A stretch of DNA of 64,000 nt from positions 15,786 through 79,785 of the forward strand of contig JBDRLL010000033.1 in assembly GCA_043813075.1 (NCBI GenBank), given 5' to 3'. The stretch is from Candidatus Altiarchaeota archaeon (GTDB taxonomy: Archaea > Altiarchaeota > Altiarchaeia > IMC4 > SCGC-AAA252-I15). Shown piece after piece: positions 10,224 to 19,893 of the stretch; the first letter of the stretch is position 1, and each line of letters opens with the position of its first letter. The position numbers were made by a program, and so were the translations under genes. The notes beneath the pieces are model-generated. The model ran no database searches and was not told the DNA's origin. It worked only from the letters and a program-made list of their open reading frames with translations.

Positions 10224-10787
10224 ATGGCTTTCATAGTGCTTGAGGGCATAGACGGATGCGGCAAGTCGACGCACGCGAGACTGCTCGCGGAATGGCTGGT
10301 GAAGGAGGGTCGTGATGTTGTCTTGACTGCGGAGCCGACTGACGGGAAGATAGGGGTGTTCATAAGGGAGGTCCTGTCCGGAAGGGAGACTGTCGACCCA
10401 AAGACGCTTTCCATGCTCTTTACTGCAGACCGCTACGAACACCTGCTCAACAGGATAGAGCCGGCGCTGGCTGAAGGAAAGATTGTCGTGTCTGAGAGGT
10501 ACTATTACTCCACCATAGCGTATCAGAGCGCGCAAGGCGTCGACTGGAACTGGCTCTTTGAGATAAACAAGTTCGCTAGGAAACCTGACTTAACCATACT
10601 CTTGGATGTTAAGCCGGATGAGGGAGCCTCAAGGACGGACACCAACGAGATATTTGAGAAAAGCGAGTTTCTCGCGGAAGTCAGGGACAACTACCTCAAG
10701 TTCCAGGACGTCTCTATGGTGGAGACGCGCAGGCCTACGGGTGAAGTGCAGGATAGGATAAGGAGCATAGTGTCTGATATGATGTGA
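10224..10787 (+). CDS. tmk: Thymidylate (dTMP) kinase
   Basis: FIVLEGIDGCGKST P-loop, EP, LFTADR, ERYYYSTIAYQ, KPDLTILLDV. Confidence 0.95.
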   Translation: MAFIVLEGIDGCGKSTHARLLAEWLVKEGRDVVLTAEPTDGKIGVFIREVLSGRETVDPKTLSMLFTADRYEHLLNRIEPALAEGKIVVSERYYYSTIAYQSAQGVDWNWLFEINKFARKPDLTILLDVKPDEGASRTDTNEIFEKSEFLAEVRDNYLKFQDVSMVETRRPTGEVQDRIRSIVSDMM

Positions 10788-10821
10788 TGAATGCTGTCGT
10801 GACTTTTCCTGGTGCATTCCA

Positions 10822-10938
10822 TCAGAGTATGTAGATGTATGCTAATATGGCCACGAAGACTACGGTCAGGAGAATCATGGTCTGGTTGTCTTTCTTGAGT
10901 GATTCTCTGTCGTCAACTGGTTTTTCTGGTTCTCCCAT
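10822..10938 (-). CDS. Small C-terminally anchored membrane protein (38 aa)
   Basis: MGEPEKPVDDRESLKKDNQTMILLTVVFVAILAYIYIL; GGTGA SD upstream of ATG 10938. Confidence 0.6.
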   Translation of the reverse strand: MGEPEKPVDDRESLKKDNQTMILLTVVFVAILAYIYIL

Positions 10939-10984
10939 GGTATCACCGTTTAATGATTTTTCTTTATCAAATATAAATCGATTT

Positions 10985-12178
10985 TCACGTGAATTTCCCC
11001 AAACGGGTCTGAGCATACTCTATGTAGTCTTCAGGCTTGAATCCAGATAGTTTGCCTAATTGCTCTGGCGCGGCGTATATGTTGAACAGAAGCTTTTCCT
11101 TTTCTGACTTCTCAAGGTCCCTGGCTAGCGTCGACACCTCGTCTATCCTCTTGTATTCCCCGTCAACCTCTATCTTGACCTTGAACTCGTTCAGGCGGAT
11201 CTCGGGGAAATCAAGAAGGGCATAACCATCCTCCACCGAATAGTCGGAGGCTATCTTAGACTCTATGGCGCGTATGTTCTCCTCAAGCTCCTTTCTGAAG
11301 GTTTCAGTCATCATGTTAATGCGCTCGTGGAATATCTTTTTGAACAGCCTCCGCTCGTCTATCCTCGATGTTATGTCCTTGACGTAGCCCTCCTGCCGCC
11401 TCATGTGGGAGATAAGGCTGATGTCGTCCATCGAGGATAACTCATCCGGAGACATACCTTCCTCCAGCATGTTCTCAAGCGCGTGTGCGAACATTGACTC
11501 TGCAATCCTCTTGGTGTGATGCCGGTAGACTGTCTGATACATGAGGTTCCTGCTGACGAGAAGCAGTTCAACAGCCTCAAGACCCCTGTTGTTCACGTAC
11601 AAGTCATCGTCCTCCAGGGTAAGGTTGTATAACACGCGTTCGACGTCTATAACACCGTACGCAACCCCCGCGTAATACGAGTCCCGTATCAGATAGTCCA
11701 TCTTATCCAAGTCTATTTCAGAGGAAACCAGCTTTCCGATGCTCCCGACACCCATCACCAGACCAGCGACATGCGTGGGCTCTATACCATGCCTGTCAAG
11801 AACGTCAGCGACCTCGGTCTTTGCTATTATCTCGCAGGACCTTGCTTCATGGGGGATCCCCCGCCTAGTCAGCACGTTGTCTGAGGTATGGGAGAATGGC
11901 CCGTGACCCACGTCGTGGAGAAGGCATGCGGCCTTGAGAGACTGCGTGTCAGCTTCATCTAGAGACAGATACTCGGAGACCAGTCCCGCCAGGTGCATGA
12001 CTCCGATAGAGTGCTCAAAGCGTGTTGAATTCATTGCTGGATACACGAGGTAGCAGAATCCGTTTTGCTTCACGTTCCTCAATCGCTGCATGTGTGGTGT
12101 ATCCAAAAGCTCTTTCTCCAACGCGTCCAGCCTGATGTTCCCGTGTATAGGGTCTCGCACATACTTTACAGGCTTCAT
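10985..12178 (-). CDS. HD-domain phosphohydrolase (SAMHD1/dNTP triphosphohydrolase-like, COG1078)
   Basis: RDPIHG, QRLR.VKQ, RFEHSIGV, LLHDVGHGPFSH, DLDKMDYL.RD, VYRHHT; start trimmed to MKPVKY. Confidence 0.9.
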   Translation of the reverse strand: MKPVKYVRDPIHGNIRLDALEKELLDTPHMQRLRNVKQNGFCYLVYPAMNSTRFEHSIGVMHLAGLVSEYLSLDEADTQSLKAACLLHDVGHGPFSHTSDNVLTRRGIPHEARSCEIIAKTEVADVLDRHGIEPTHVAGLVMGVGSIGKLVSSEIDLDKMDYLIRDSYYAGVAYGVIDVERVLYNLTLEDDDLYVNNRGLEAVELLLVSRNLMYQTVYRHHTKRIAESMFAHALENMLEEGMSPDELSSMDDISLISHMRRQEGYVKDITSRIDERRLFKKIFHERINMMTETFRKELEENIRAIESKIASDYSVEDGYALLDFPEIRLNEFKVKIEVDGEYKRIDEVSTLARDLEKSEKEKLLFNIYAAPEQLGKLSGFKPEDYIEYAQTRLGKFT

Positions 12179-12216
12179 CGGAGTAATTAATTTAATTGGA
12201 TTATAAATAAGATACC

Positions 12217-13353
12217 GTGTGGACAGAGGAGCATAAACCCGGGAATCTTGACGAATTCGTGGGAAAGACGGCCGTCGACTACGTGAGGAAGTGGGATGGC
12301 GAGCCACTTATAGTCTATGGCGGGTCTGGCAGTGGAAAGAGCCTGCTGGCCCAACTGACTGCCGTCGAAAAGGGCTGGGATATGATAGAGGTTGATGACA
12401 GCAACATCAATGAGGCTGAGAGCATAGCTTCGACCTCTAGCCTCTATGGGGGCAGGAGGCTTGTCATCATAGAGGACGTGGACTTGATTAGGGACATCAA
12501 GAAGATTTCAGAGTTTGTTGCATCCACAAAGAGTCCGGTGCTTATGACAACCCAGGACTACGGCTCTAAGAGGCTTTCAACACTTAAGAGGAAGTGCCTT
12601 GGACTCCAGTTGAGGAAGCCTATGGTCTCGTCGGTAGTCAAGCACCTGCAGGGGATATGCGCTGCCGAGGGATTGGATGTTGATAAGAGTGTTCTGGAAG
12701 CCATAGCGAAGAATGCGAAATGCGACCTACGAGCGTCAGTAAACGACCTTGAGACTCTCGGGAAAGGCAGGAAGGCCATACGCGAGGAGGACTTGGATGT
12801 GCTTGCCAAGAGGGACATTGAGTCAGACATCTACAGGGCCTTGAGCGTCATCTTCGGGGGTAAAGACATCAGGGAGGTTGTAGAGTCCACATGGAACATA
12901 CAGGAACAGCCAAGGGATGTGATATGGTGGGTTGACGAGAACGTCCCCTACATGTATGTGGACGGGAAGTCGGTCTCAGAGTCAATGGAGAAGCTGTCGA
13001 GGGCTGACGTCTTCCTGGGGAGGATAATGAACAGGCAGTACTGGGGTTTCCTGAGATACGCGAACGCCCTGATGACGGCTGGCGTGAACAACTCCCGTCC
13101 GGATAAGACCAACTACTCCCAATACAGGTTCCCCAGCTATTTCGCCGCTTTGGGTAGGACCAAGGGCGTCAGGAACATTGAGAAGAGCATTTCAGAGAAG
13201 CTATCGCCAACACTTCACGCGTCAAGAAGAGTCATTTCGCAGGAGTATATACCCTTGTTAAAACTGTTGCTTAAGAAGCGTATTGTCGAGTCAGACGAGG
13301 TTAAGGAGTTCTTCAGACTTGAGGATGAGGAAGTGGAGCACCTAGTCTCCTGA
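12217..13353 (+). CDS. rfcL: Replication factor C large subunit (short, degenerate form)
   Basis: MWTEEHKP, Walker A GSGKS, DLRASVNDL, WVDENVP, LSRADVFLGRI..RQYWGFLRYA. Confidence 0.9.
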   Translation: MWTEEHKPGNLDEFVGKTAVDYVRKWDGEPLIVYGGSGSGKSLLAQLTAVEKGWDMIEVDDSNINEAESIASTSSLYGGRRLVIIEDVDLIRDIKKISEFVASTKSPVLMTTQDYGSKRLSTLKRKCLGLQLRKPMVSSVVKHLQGICAAEGLDVDKSVLEAIAKNAKCDLRASVNDLETLGKGRKAIREEDLDVLAKRDIESDIYRALSVIFGGKDIREVVESTWNIQEQPRDVIWWVDENVPYMYVDGKSVSESMEKLSRADVFLGRIMNRQYWGFLRYANALMTAGVNNSRPDKTNYSQYRFPSYFAALGRTKGVRNIEKSISEKLSPTLHASRRVISQEYIPLLKLLLKKRIVESDEVKEFFRLEDEEVEHLVS

Positions 13354-14259
13354 AGCATCACCGTCTTCGAGGCCATTGGTCTCCATCAGAGCCTTGAAGT
13401 CATCGAAGCTGATGCGTTTACTTGACTTGAGCTTCTCCTTGGCCTGTATGGCCTGCTTCTCCTTTTGCTCAGCCTCCTTACGAGCCTTGTAGACGTCCAT
13501 TTGCTCGGAGTATGGGGCCATCTCATCCCCAACAGCCTTGATCTTCTCCCTGAAGTCGGTTATCTTGTCCCGCATGGGGTCTATGAGGGCGTATTTCTCC
13601 AGTATCTGCTTGTGTAGTTCATCGGCTTTCTTGCGCACTTCATCCAGTTGACCGTATATTTCTATAACGCTCTTATGGTATTTCTCAGACTCGTCGGCTA
13701 GGTTGCGTATCTCATTGGATATCGCATCTATCTTATCGTCAGCCTCCTTGAGCCCGTCATACGTCGAGACCACCTTCTTATGCAGGTCGTCGGCTTTCTT
13801 GGCTGCCTCAAGCCGCTCGTTCATCTGGAATATCTCCTCGAAATACCGTGTCTCCTTGCTCAATGGTATGTCCTCGCTGGTGAGGGCATTTAGTATCTTA
13901 TCGTATCTCTTTGAGAGGGACTTGTCCGTGCCCTGAGCCTTCCGGTTAAGCTTGTCTCTCAGGCTCTTGGACTCTTTTATGTTGTCGCTCAAGTGTTTTA
14001 CGCTCTCTGTTATCTTTGCCCGCTCCTCCTTAAGGCCGGCTATCCTCTTGTTCAGTTCATCACGCTTGTCCCTGAGTTTTTTTGCTTCTTCAGAAAGCTG
14101 CTTGCACTTATTGTTGTGGTCGTCCCTCAATGTCCGTAGCTTAGAGGCCTCCTTCTGGTGGATGCGTATTTCACGCATTACGGATGCCATATCCTTGTTT
14201 ATCCGTGATATCTCCTTCCGGTACTCATCCACCTTCTTCTTGACTTCCTTCTCGTTCAT
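13342..14259 (-). CDS. Archaeal coiled-coil protein (COG1340-like)
   Basis: Continuous K/E-rich heptads with RD.LN and AD.LH repeats; C-terminal KRISFDDF. Confidence 0.8.
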   Translation of the reverse strand: MNEKEVKKKVDEYRKEISRINKDMASVMREIRIHQKEASKLRTLRDDHNNKCKQLSEEAKKLRDKRDELNKRIAGLKEERAKITESVKHLSDNIKESKSLRDKLNRKAQGTDKSLSKRYDKILNALTSEDIPLSKETRYFEEIFQMNERLEAAKKADDLHKKVVSTYDGLKEADDKIDAISNEIRNLADESEKYHKSVIEIYGQLDEVRKKADELHKQILEKYALIDPMRDKITDFREKIKAVGDEMAPYSEQMDVYKARKEAEQKEKQAIQAKEKLKSSKRISFDDFKALMETNGLEDGDASGD

Positions 14260-14582
14260 TAGGACAACTCCTTTAGCTTATTGAACCAGTAGTTCCTAGC
14301 CTCAACGTGTTCGGTGACTGATTTCTTGATGCTAGCGTACTGTTGCCTTGAGGATATTGACAGCGCACCCTCAAGTTCAGACAATTCCTTCTCAGTATCC
14401 TCGAGTTCTTTGCTGAATTTCCCCTCCTTATCGTCTTCCACCCAGTGTTTGAGCTGGTCCCTCTTCTCGCGGAGGATGCTGATGTTCTCCCACCTCTCAA
14501 CGTCCGCACTGTATTCTGTGATCATCCGGTCGTGCTTCTCGACCAGTATTCCAGCCAGTTTTTTTGGCGTGAGGTCATCCAT
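14259..14582 (-). CDS. Small coiled-coil hypothetical protein, coupled to the COG1340-like gene
   Basis: 1-bp stop/start overlap; LREKRDQL.HW motif; helical composition. Confidence 0.75.
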   Translation of the reverse strand: MDDLTPKKLAGILVEKHDRMITEYSADVERWENISILREKRDQLKHWVEDDKEGKFSKELEDTEKELSELEGALSISSRQQYASIKKSVTEHVEARNYWFNKLKELS

Positions 14583-14625
14583 TTTGGAGTATAATACACG
14601 TATTAAAGGTAAATAAAAGTATGGA

Positions 14626-15243
14626 TTACTCCGACTTCTTCAAGACGTAGTTAATCCTCTGTATTATAGTGATATTACATAGCACTACAAGGAGTATAAT
14701 AGCGTAAATCAGGTATAAAACACTGTAATATCCGAGGAACATTCCGGCGTATATGATTACCAGACGCTCGAAACGCTCCACAATGCCCCCCATCTCCTTG
14801 TGTTGTTCTGGCTCTGTGACGACCTTCCTGTGGTCAGCATATGCTGTGACAAAGGATGGCATGAGTGCGCTGAATACTAGGAGTATTATCCAGAGACTGT
14901 TAGGTAGGAGCACTTCAGGGGCCCCCAGAAGGTAGAACCACAGGCCCACATAGAGTATTATCTCGACGTAACGGTCTATCAGACCGTCAAGGAATGCGCC
15001 GAGGCTTGAGACGCTCTTGGTTACTCTCGCCACATTACCGTCTATTATGTCTATGAACGCGGATATGATGAAGAATGCGACTGCGTGCAACAACATCTTG
15101 TAGTAGAGGAATGCGAATCCGGTCAGTGCTGGGATCAGTGATAGGAGGGTCCACATGTTGGGGGGTATGCCCAATCCTGCGAAGATCATTCCCACACGGA
15201 CGTTCCATCCAGCAGCCTTCTCTGAAAAATGGGATCTGAGCAT
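14626..15243 (-). CDS. CDP-alcohol phosphatidyltransferase (probable archaetidylinositol phosphate synthase)
   Basis: PN..T, DIIDGNVAR...GAFLDGLIDR signature; directly downstream of ino1. Confidence 0.9.
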   Translation of the reverse strand: MLRSHFSEKAAGWNVRVGMIFAGLGIPPNMWTLLSLIPALTGFAFLYYKMLLHAVAFFIISAFIDIIDGNVARVTKSVSSLGAFLDGLIDRYVEIILYVGLWFYLLGAPEVLLPNSLWIILLVFSALMPSFVTAYADHRKVVTEPEQHKEMGGIVERFERLVIIYAGMFLGYYSVLYLIYAIILLVVLCNITIIQRINYVLKKSE

Positions 15244-15247
15244 CTTA

Positions 15248-16333
15248 TTATCTTTCTCTCTTGCCAGATATAAATTCCTCAACCAGGTCCCGCGCGACAG
15301 TGTCAGTATACTGTATGGGCGGGCTCTTCATGAAATAGCTGCTGGGACTGTATAACGGACCTCCTATACCGCGGTCCAACGCGATTTTAGCGCATCGAAT
15401 AGCGTCGACAATCACTCCAGCAGAGTTGGGGCTGTCTTCAACGTCGAGCCTGAGCTCTATGCTGATGGGTATGTCACCGAACTTCCGACCCTCCATCCGT
15501 ATGAAGCATAGTTTCTTGTCCTTCAGCCATGGAACGTAGTCGCTAGGACCTATGTGTATGTCTTCGGGCGGCATCTGGGTCGGCAGCTGGGATTGGACGC
15601 TCTGCGTCTTGCTTATCTTCTTGCTCTTCAGCCTAGTCCTCTCCAGCATGTTTAGGAAGTCCGTGTTCCCCCCCACGTTAAGCTGGTACGTGTGATCCAG
15701 CTTGACGCCGCGGTCTACGAACAAACGGGTTAAAGTCCTGTGCACTATCGTAGCCCCCACCTGGCTCTTGATGTCGTCGCCGATTATGGGGACCTTATCC
15801 TTCTGGAATTTCTCAGCCCACTCCTTGTTGGATGCTATGAAGACGGGCATCGCGTTTATGAAGCCGACGCCTGCCTTAAGACATTCGGTGGCGTAGAATC
15901 TCGCAGCCTGCTCGGAGCCGACCGGAAGGTAGCTTACAACCACTTCCGCGCCGCTGTCTTCCAGTTCTTTCGCCACGTCCACCGGCTTCTGCTTCGGGTC
16001 GACAGTGAACTTGTCTTTAGTCAGGTCTGTGACGCCGTCAAGGACCGGCCCTTTCTTCACTTCAACATTCCATTTGGGCACATCCGAGAAACGGGCGGTG
16101 CAGTTCGGCTCTGAGAATACGGCGGCACTAAGATCCTTACCCACCTTCTTCGAGTCGACGTCTATCGCAGCCACGAATTTTATGCTGCTAAGCTTGTATC
16201 CAGCCATCACGTTGTGCATTAGGCCGGGTATCTGTGGGTCGTTTGCGTCTATGTCCTTATAATATTCAACTCCCTGGACGAGTGATGACGCGCAATTGCC
16301 CACCCCTATTAAGGCCACCTTGATTTGCTTCAT
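15248..16333 (-). CDS. ino1: myo-Inositol-1-phosphate synthase
   Basis: [50 protein letters not shown]; start trimmed to MKQIKV. Confidence 0.96.
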   Translation of the reverse strand: MKQIKVALIGVGNCASSLVQGVEYYKDIDANDPQIPGLMHNVMAGYKLSSIKFVAAIDVDSKKVGKDLSAAVFSEPNCTARFSDVPKWNVEVKKGPVLDGVTDLTKDKFTVDPKQKPVDVAKELEDSGAEVVVSYLPVGSEQAARFYATECLKAGVGFINAMPVFIASNKEWAEKFQKDKVPIIGDDIKSQVGATIVHRTLTRLFVDRGVKLDHTYQLNVGGNTDFLNMLERTRLKSKKISKTQSVQSQLPTQMPPEDIHIGPSDYVPWLKDKKLCFIRMEGRKFGDIPISIELRLDVEDSPNSAGVIVDAIRCAKIALDRGIGGPLYSPSSYFMKSPPIQYTDTVARDLVEEFISGKRER

Positions 16334-16364
16334 TTTCGTAATAATATAGATTATCCAGTATTTA

Positions 16365-16388
16365 AATATTTTACGGTCATAAAATATT
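16365..16388. promoter_or_regulatory. Perfect 9-6-9 inverted repeat, candidate PadR operator
   Basis: AATATTTTA-cggtca-TAAAATATT in the divergent ino1/padR intergenic region. Confidence 0.55.
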
Positions 16389-16394
16389 ATCGTT

Positions 16395-16718
16395 ATGGAT
16401 AATCCTCCTCTCCGAAGGCTTAGGGATAAGACCACCATAGAGGTCTTGTGGATATACATACTGTCACTCATGAAGGATGAGCCCCTATACGCTTATGAGA
16501 TAAAAGAGAGGATAGAGGACAAATACGGCTTTGAGATAGGCAAGGTGACCGCCTACATGGTCTTATACCGGCTGGAATACGAGGGATACGTCGAGACCGA
16601 ATGGAGGGTCATAGAGAACAGGCAACGAAAGTACTATAGGATAACGGAATCCGGCCGTGAAACACTGGATGAGGGCGTTAAATACGTTAAAGGACTGGCT
16701 GAGGAGCTAGAGCATTAA
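16395..16718 (+). CDS. PadR-family transcriptional regulator
   Basis: [30 protein letters not shown]. Confidence 0.92.
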   Translation: MDNPPLRRLRDKTTIEVLWIYILSLMKDEPLYAYEIKERIEDKYGFEIGKVTAYMVLYRLEYEGYVETEWRVIENRQRKYYRITESGRETLDEGVKYVKGLAEELEH

Positions 16719-16898
16719 GCCGATGAATGAGGAGGATAGCTTGTTCATGACCGCAGGCTCGTTGGGTACTACAACCAGGTTGTAGCCTAGGAAATACCAT
16801 ACTATGAACACCAGGAGCACTGCTACCGCGGCAACAGCTATTATGGTAAGCTCCCATAAGGGTATGTTCTCCGGTATAAGGAAGTCTAAATCGCTCAT
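16707..16898 (-). CDS. Small single-TM hypothetical protein
   Basis: Long hydrophobic stretch; lies downstream of pgk on the same strand. Confidence 0.5.
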   Translation of the reverse strand: MSDLDFLIPENIPLWELTIIAVAAVAVLLVFIVWYFLGYNLVVVPNEPAVMNKLSSSFIGLML

Positions 16899-16933
16899 TA
16901 TCCATAGATACTGGGAGGCAGACAATAAAAAGA

Positions 16934-18157
16934 CTACCCACCGCTTGAAGACTCCTTCAAAGCCTCTATGGCAGCCAGCTTGACTCCAGCAAGGAAGTCC
17001 ACTGAAGCCTTGCCGCCAGTACTGACGTGAGTCAAATCATCCTCCACATCCAAGTCCCTTGCGGCAGCCACAGTGTCGCCGCCGCCGATGACTGAAAAAC
17101 AGTCTGCCGACGCGATAGCCTTTATAACCTCCTCAGTCCCATATGCAAACGCCTTCGTCTCGTACACTCCCAAAGCCCCGTTCGAGAACACGGTTCCCGC
17201 ACTGTTTATTATCTTCTTGTACTTCTCAACAGTCTTCTGTCCCACGTCAACGATACGATAGTCCTGGGGGAGGTCATACAAGGGTATCTCAATGCGTTCC
17301 CCGTTCTGGTCTATGGCAACATCCACAGGCAACACGATACGATCCTCATTATCCTCCAGTATGCGTTTGGCCTCGTTTATCTGGTCCACAAGCTTCTTAC
17401 CCCTGATGAACTCTATGGACGGCTCGCCGAGACGGTAATCCTTTGCCGCCAGGAACACGTTGGCTAGCACGCCACCCGTAAGTATCTTATCCACGTTACC
17501 CTTCAAAGCCTTGGATATTATGCGCATGGAATCCTTTACCTTAGCGCCACCCAGCACGAAGATGAGTGGGTGCCTCGGGTTCTTGAGAACATCGCCGAGA
17601 GAACGGACTTCCTTCTCCATAAGCCTGCCTGCGACAGAAGGCAGACGCTTTGTGAAACCCACCGTCGAGGCCTGACTCCTGTGAGCAGTCCCGAACGCGT
17701 CATTAACGAAGACGTCAGCCAGAGGAGCGAGATTCCTGACCAAAAGCGTGGTAGCCTGCACGTCGGCGGGCCTCTCCAACGCCTCTTCAGAGTATATCCT
17801 AACGTTATCCAACAGGATTATCTCACCTTCCCGCATGTTCTTTATCTCAGTGCATGCTGTGGGCCCGAATATGTCTGCAACATATTTCACTTTCACACCA
17901 AGAAGTTCGCTCAAGTGTTTAGCATGCTTCTCGAGCGTCGTGAAGTCCGGCTCGCCAGCCCTACCCTGGTGGGCGAGGCATACTATCCGGGCCTTCTTGT
18001 CGATGAGCTCCTGGAGGGTTGGTACGTGAGACCGCATCCTACGGTCCTCTAGGAATTCCCCCGTCTTAGGGTCGAGGGGAGTGTTCAAGTCAAGCCTTAC
18101 GATAACAGTCTTTCCTTTGAAGTTATAGTCGTCCATTGTTGAGATGCCGTCAATCAT
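16934..18157 (-). CDS. pgk: Phosphoglycerate kinase
   Basis: VRLDLNTP, AHQGR, FVNDAFGTAHRSQAS, LGGAKV, IGGGDT, HVSTGG. Confidence 0.97.
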   Translation of the reverse strand: MIDGISTMDDYNFKGKTVIVRLDLNTPLDPKTGEFLEDRRMRSHVPTLQELIDKKARIVCLAHQGRAGEPDFTTLEKHAKHLSELLGVKVKYVADIFGPTACTEIKNMREGEIILLDNVRIYSEEALERPADVQATTLLVRNLAPLADVFVNDAFGTAHRSQASTVGFTKRLPSVAGRLMEKEVRSLGDVLKNPRHPLIFVLGGAKVKDSMRIISKALKGNVDKILTGGVLANVFLAAKDYRLGEPSIEFIRGKKLVDQINEAKRILEDNEDRIVLPVDVAIDQNGERIEIPLYDLPQDYRIVDVGQKTVEKYKKIINSAGTVFSNGALGVYETKAFAYGTEEVIKAIASADCFSVIGGGDTVAAARDLDVEDDLTHVSTGGKASVDFLAGVKLAAIEALKESSSGG

Positions 18158-18231
18158 GTTTTCACGCCTCCATGTGGGTGTATATAAGACTTAGGTTGGG
18201 TAATTAAAAACAATAGTAAATAGTTTCCTTA

Positions 18232-18723
18232 ATGGACGTCCTAGAAGCCATCAGAAGCAGGAGGAGTGTCAGGGAGTTCTCAGAGAAACATGTTGACGAT
18301 AAACTGGTGGGGGATATACTGACGGCGGGCGTGTGGGCTCCGTCCGGCCTGAACAACCAGCCATGGAAGTTCAAGGTGCTTAATGGTGTTTTGAAGGATA
18401 GTATTGCCGGGTGCACCAGGTACGGGAGGATAATAAGAGATGCGCCCGTGTGCATTGCAGTATTCCTCGATGAGAATGAGGGATACGATAGGACCAAGGA
18501 TGTTCAGGCTATTGGAGCGTGCATCCAGAACATGCTGCTTGCAGCGCACTCCATTGGACTCGGAGGAGTCTGGCTGGGCGAGATACTGAACCAGAGGGAG
18601 AAGGTGAGAGAACTGCTTGGAGTGCCTGAGTCATGCGAGCTCATGGCGGTCATAGCAATTGGGTGGCCCAACGGCAATGCAGGTTCAGGCAGCAGAGGGA
18701 GTGTTGGAGGATTCATGCTGTAG
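18232..18723 (+). CDS. Nitroreductase-family flavoprotein
   Basis: RRSVREF, APSGLNNQPWKF, QNMLLAAHSIGLG.VW. Confidence 0.93.
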   Translation: MDVLEAIRSRRSVREFSEKHVDDKLVGDILTAGVWAPSGLNNQPWKFKVLNGVLKDSIAGCTRYGRIIRDAPVCIAVFLDENEGYDRTKDVQAIGACIQNMLLAAHSIGLGGVWLGEILNQREKVRELLGVPESCELMAVIAIGWPNGNAGSGSRGSVGGFML

Positions 18724-19893
18724 GTGTGTGTGATGAACGCAAAATTCCCAGGGATTATCGCCTTAATATTGTTTTTGGCCTTATTCCTCATCGCAGCATC
18801 CCACGCGCGCAACGGCAGGGGGAATGACCCGGCCAAAAACGTGGTTTCGGAACGATTGGAGTCGGTAGGATATCTGCCGTACGTTGAGGAGGAGGCTGCT
18901 CCCGGGAAGTTGGGGGTGACCGTGTACGACCAGGAGTACGCTTACACTGGAGTGAACCTCTACACACCCCAGAGGCTTGGCGTCGCATACCTTATAGGCA
19001 TGGACGGGAGCGTCCTGCACGAATGGAAGGCTCCTGAAGGGGTTCCCGACGATTGGGTGTCCCTGAAGATAATCGACAGGGATAACGTCGTCGTGATGAT
19101 GCAGGAACATCTCATGGGGATGGGGTGGGACTCCAGCATCAAATGGGTTGACGACAACAGATACCACCACGACTTCACTGTCGCAGAGAACGGCGACATC
19201 TATGCCCTCGCGAAGAAGAGCAGGTACTACCGGAAACTCGGTGGCTGGATACTCGACGACTACATAATAGTATTGGACAGGGATGGGGAGGTCAAGAAGA
19301 GCATATCAGTCTACGAGCTTTTGGGGGGAGACTTCGTCAGTAAGAGAGCTAGGCTGAATGAGACCGCGGACGTGTTCCACACAAACACCATAGATATCAT
19401 AGACCATGACATTGAAGTCGGCGAGAGGGGTGATTTCATACTATGCTTCAGGCACTTGGACATGATAGCCGTAGTCGACCTTGAGAAGGAAGAGATAGTC
19501 TGGAGCTGGGGGGAAGGCATACTAGACAGACCCCACCACCCCACAGTACTCGAGGACGGTAACATACTGGTATTCGACAACGGCAATAATAGAGGCTACT
19601 CAAGGGTCGTTGAATACGACCCCGGCGACGACAAGATAGTGTGGGAATATGTGGCAGACAAGAGGAAGTCTTTTTTCACTAGTGAGAGGGGTGGCAGCCA
19701 GAGGCTTCCTAACGGAAACACTCTCATAACCGAGTCGAATAAAGGCCACGTGTTTGAAGTCACTGAAAAGGGAGAAATCGTGTGGGAGTACTGGCTTCCA
19801 GAGAAGCACGAGAACGGCAGGAGGGCTACATTATACCGGATGGCCAGGCTTGACGAGGAAACACTTACACCATTGAATGGGGTGGCTGCGTGA
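18724..19893 (+). CDS. Arylsulfotransferase (ASST)-like beta-propeller, membrane-anchored, copy 1
   Basis: N-terminal TM; YHHDF, DVFHTN, PHHP, LVFDNG, QRLPNGNTLITES, IVWEY. Confidence 0.85.
   Translation: MCVMNAKFPGIIALILFLALFLIAASHARNGRGNDPAKNVVSERLESVGYLPYVEEEAAPGKLGVTVYDQEYAYTGVNLYTPQRLGVAYLIGMDGSVLHEWKAPEGVPDDWVSLKIIDRDNVVVMMQEHLMGMGWDSSIKWVDDNRYHHDFTVAENGDIYALAKKSRYYRKLGGWILDDYIIVLDRDGEVKKSISVYELLGGDFVSKRARLNETADVFHTNTIDIIDHDIEVGERGDFILCFRHLDMIAVVDLEKEEIVWSWGEGILDRPHHPTVLEDGNILVFDNGNNRGYSRVVEYDPGDDKIVWEYVADKRKSFFTSERGGSQRLPNGNTLITESNKGHVFEVTEKGEIVWEYWLPEKHENGRRATLYRMARLDEETLTPLNGVAA

Noticed and set aside
10161-10535. N-terminal extension of map in the ORF track
   Set aside because: Overlaps the divergent tmk; MetAP homology starts at 10160.
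12179-12307. Extension of the HD protein
   Set aside because: Overlaps the rfcL start and the shared promoter.
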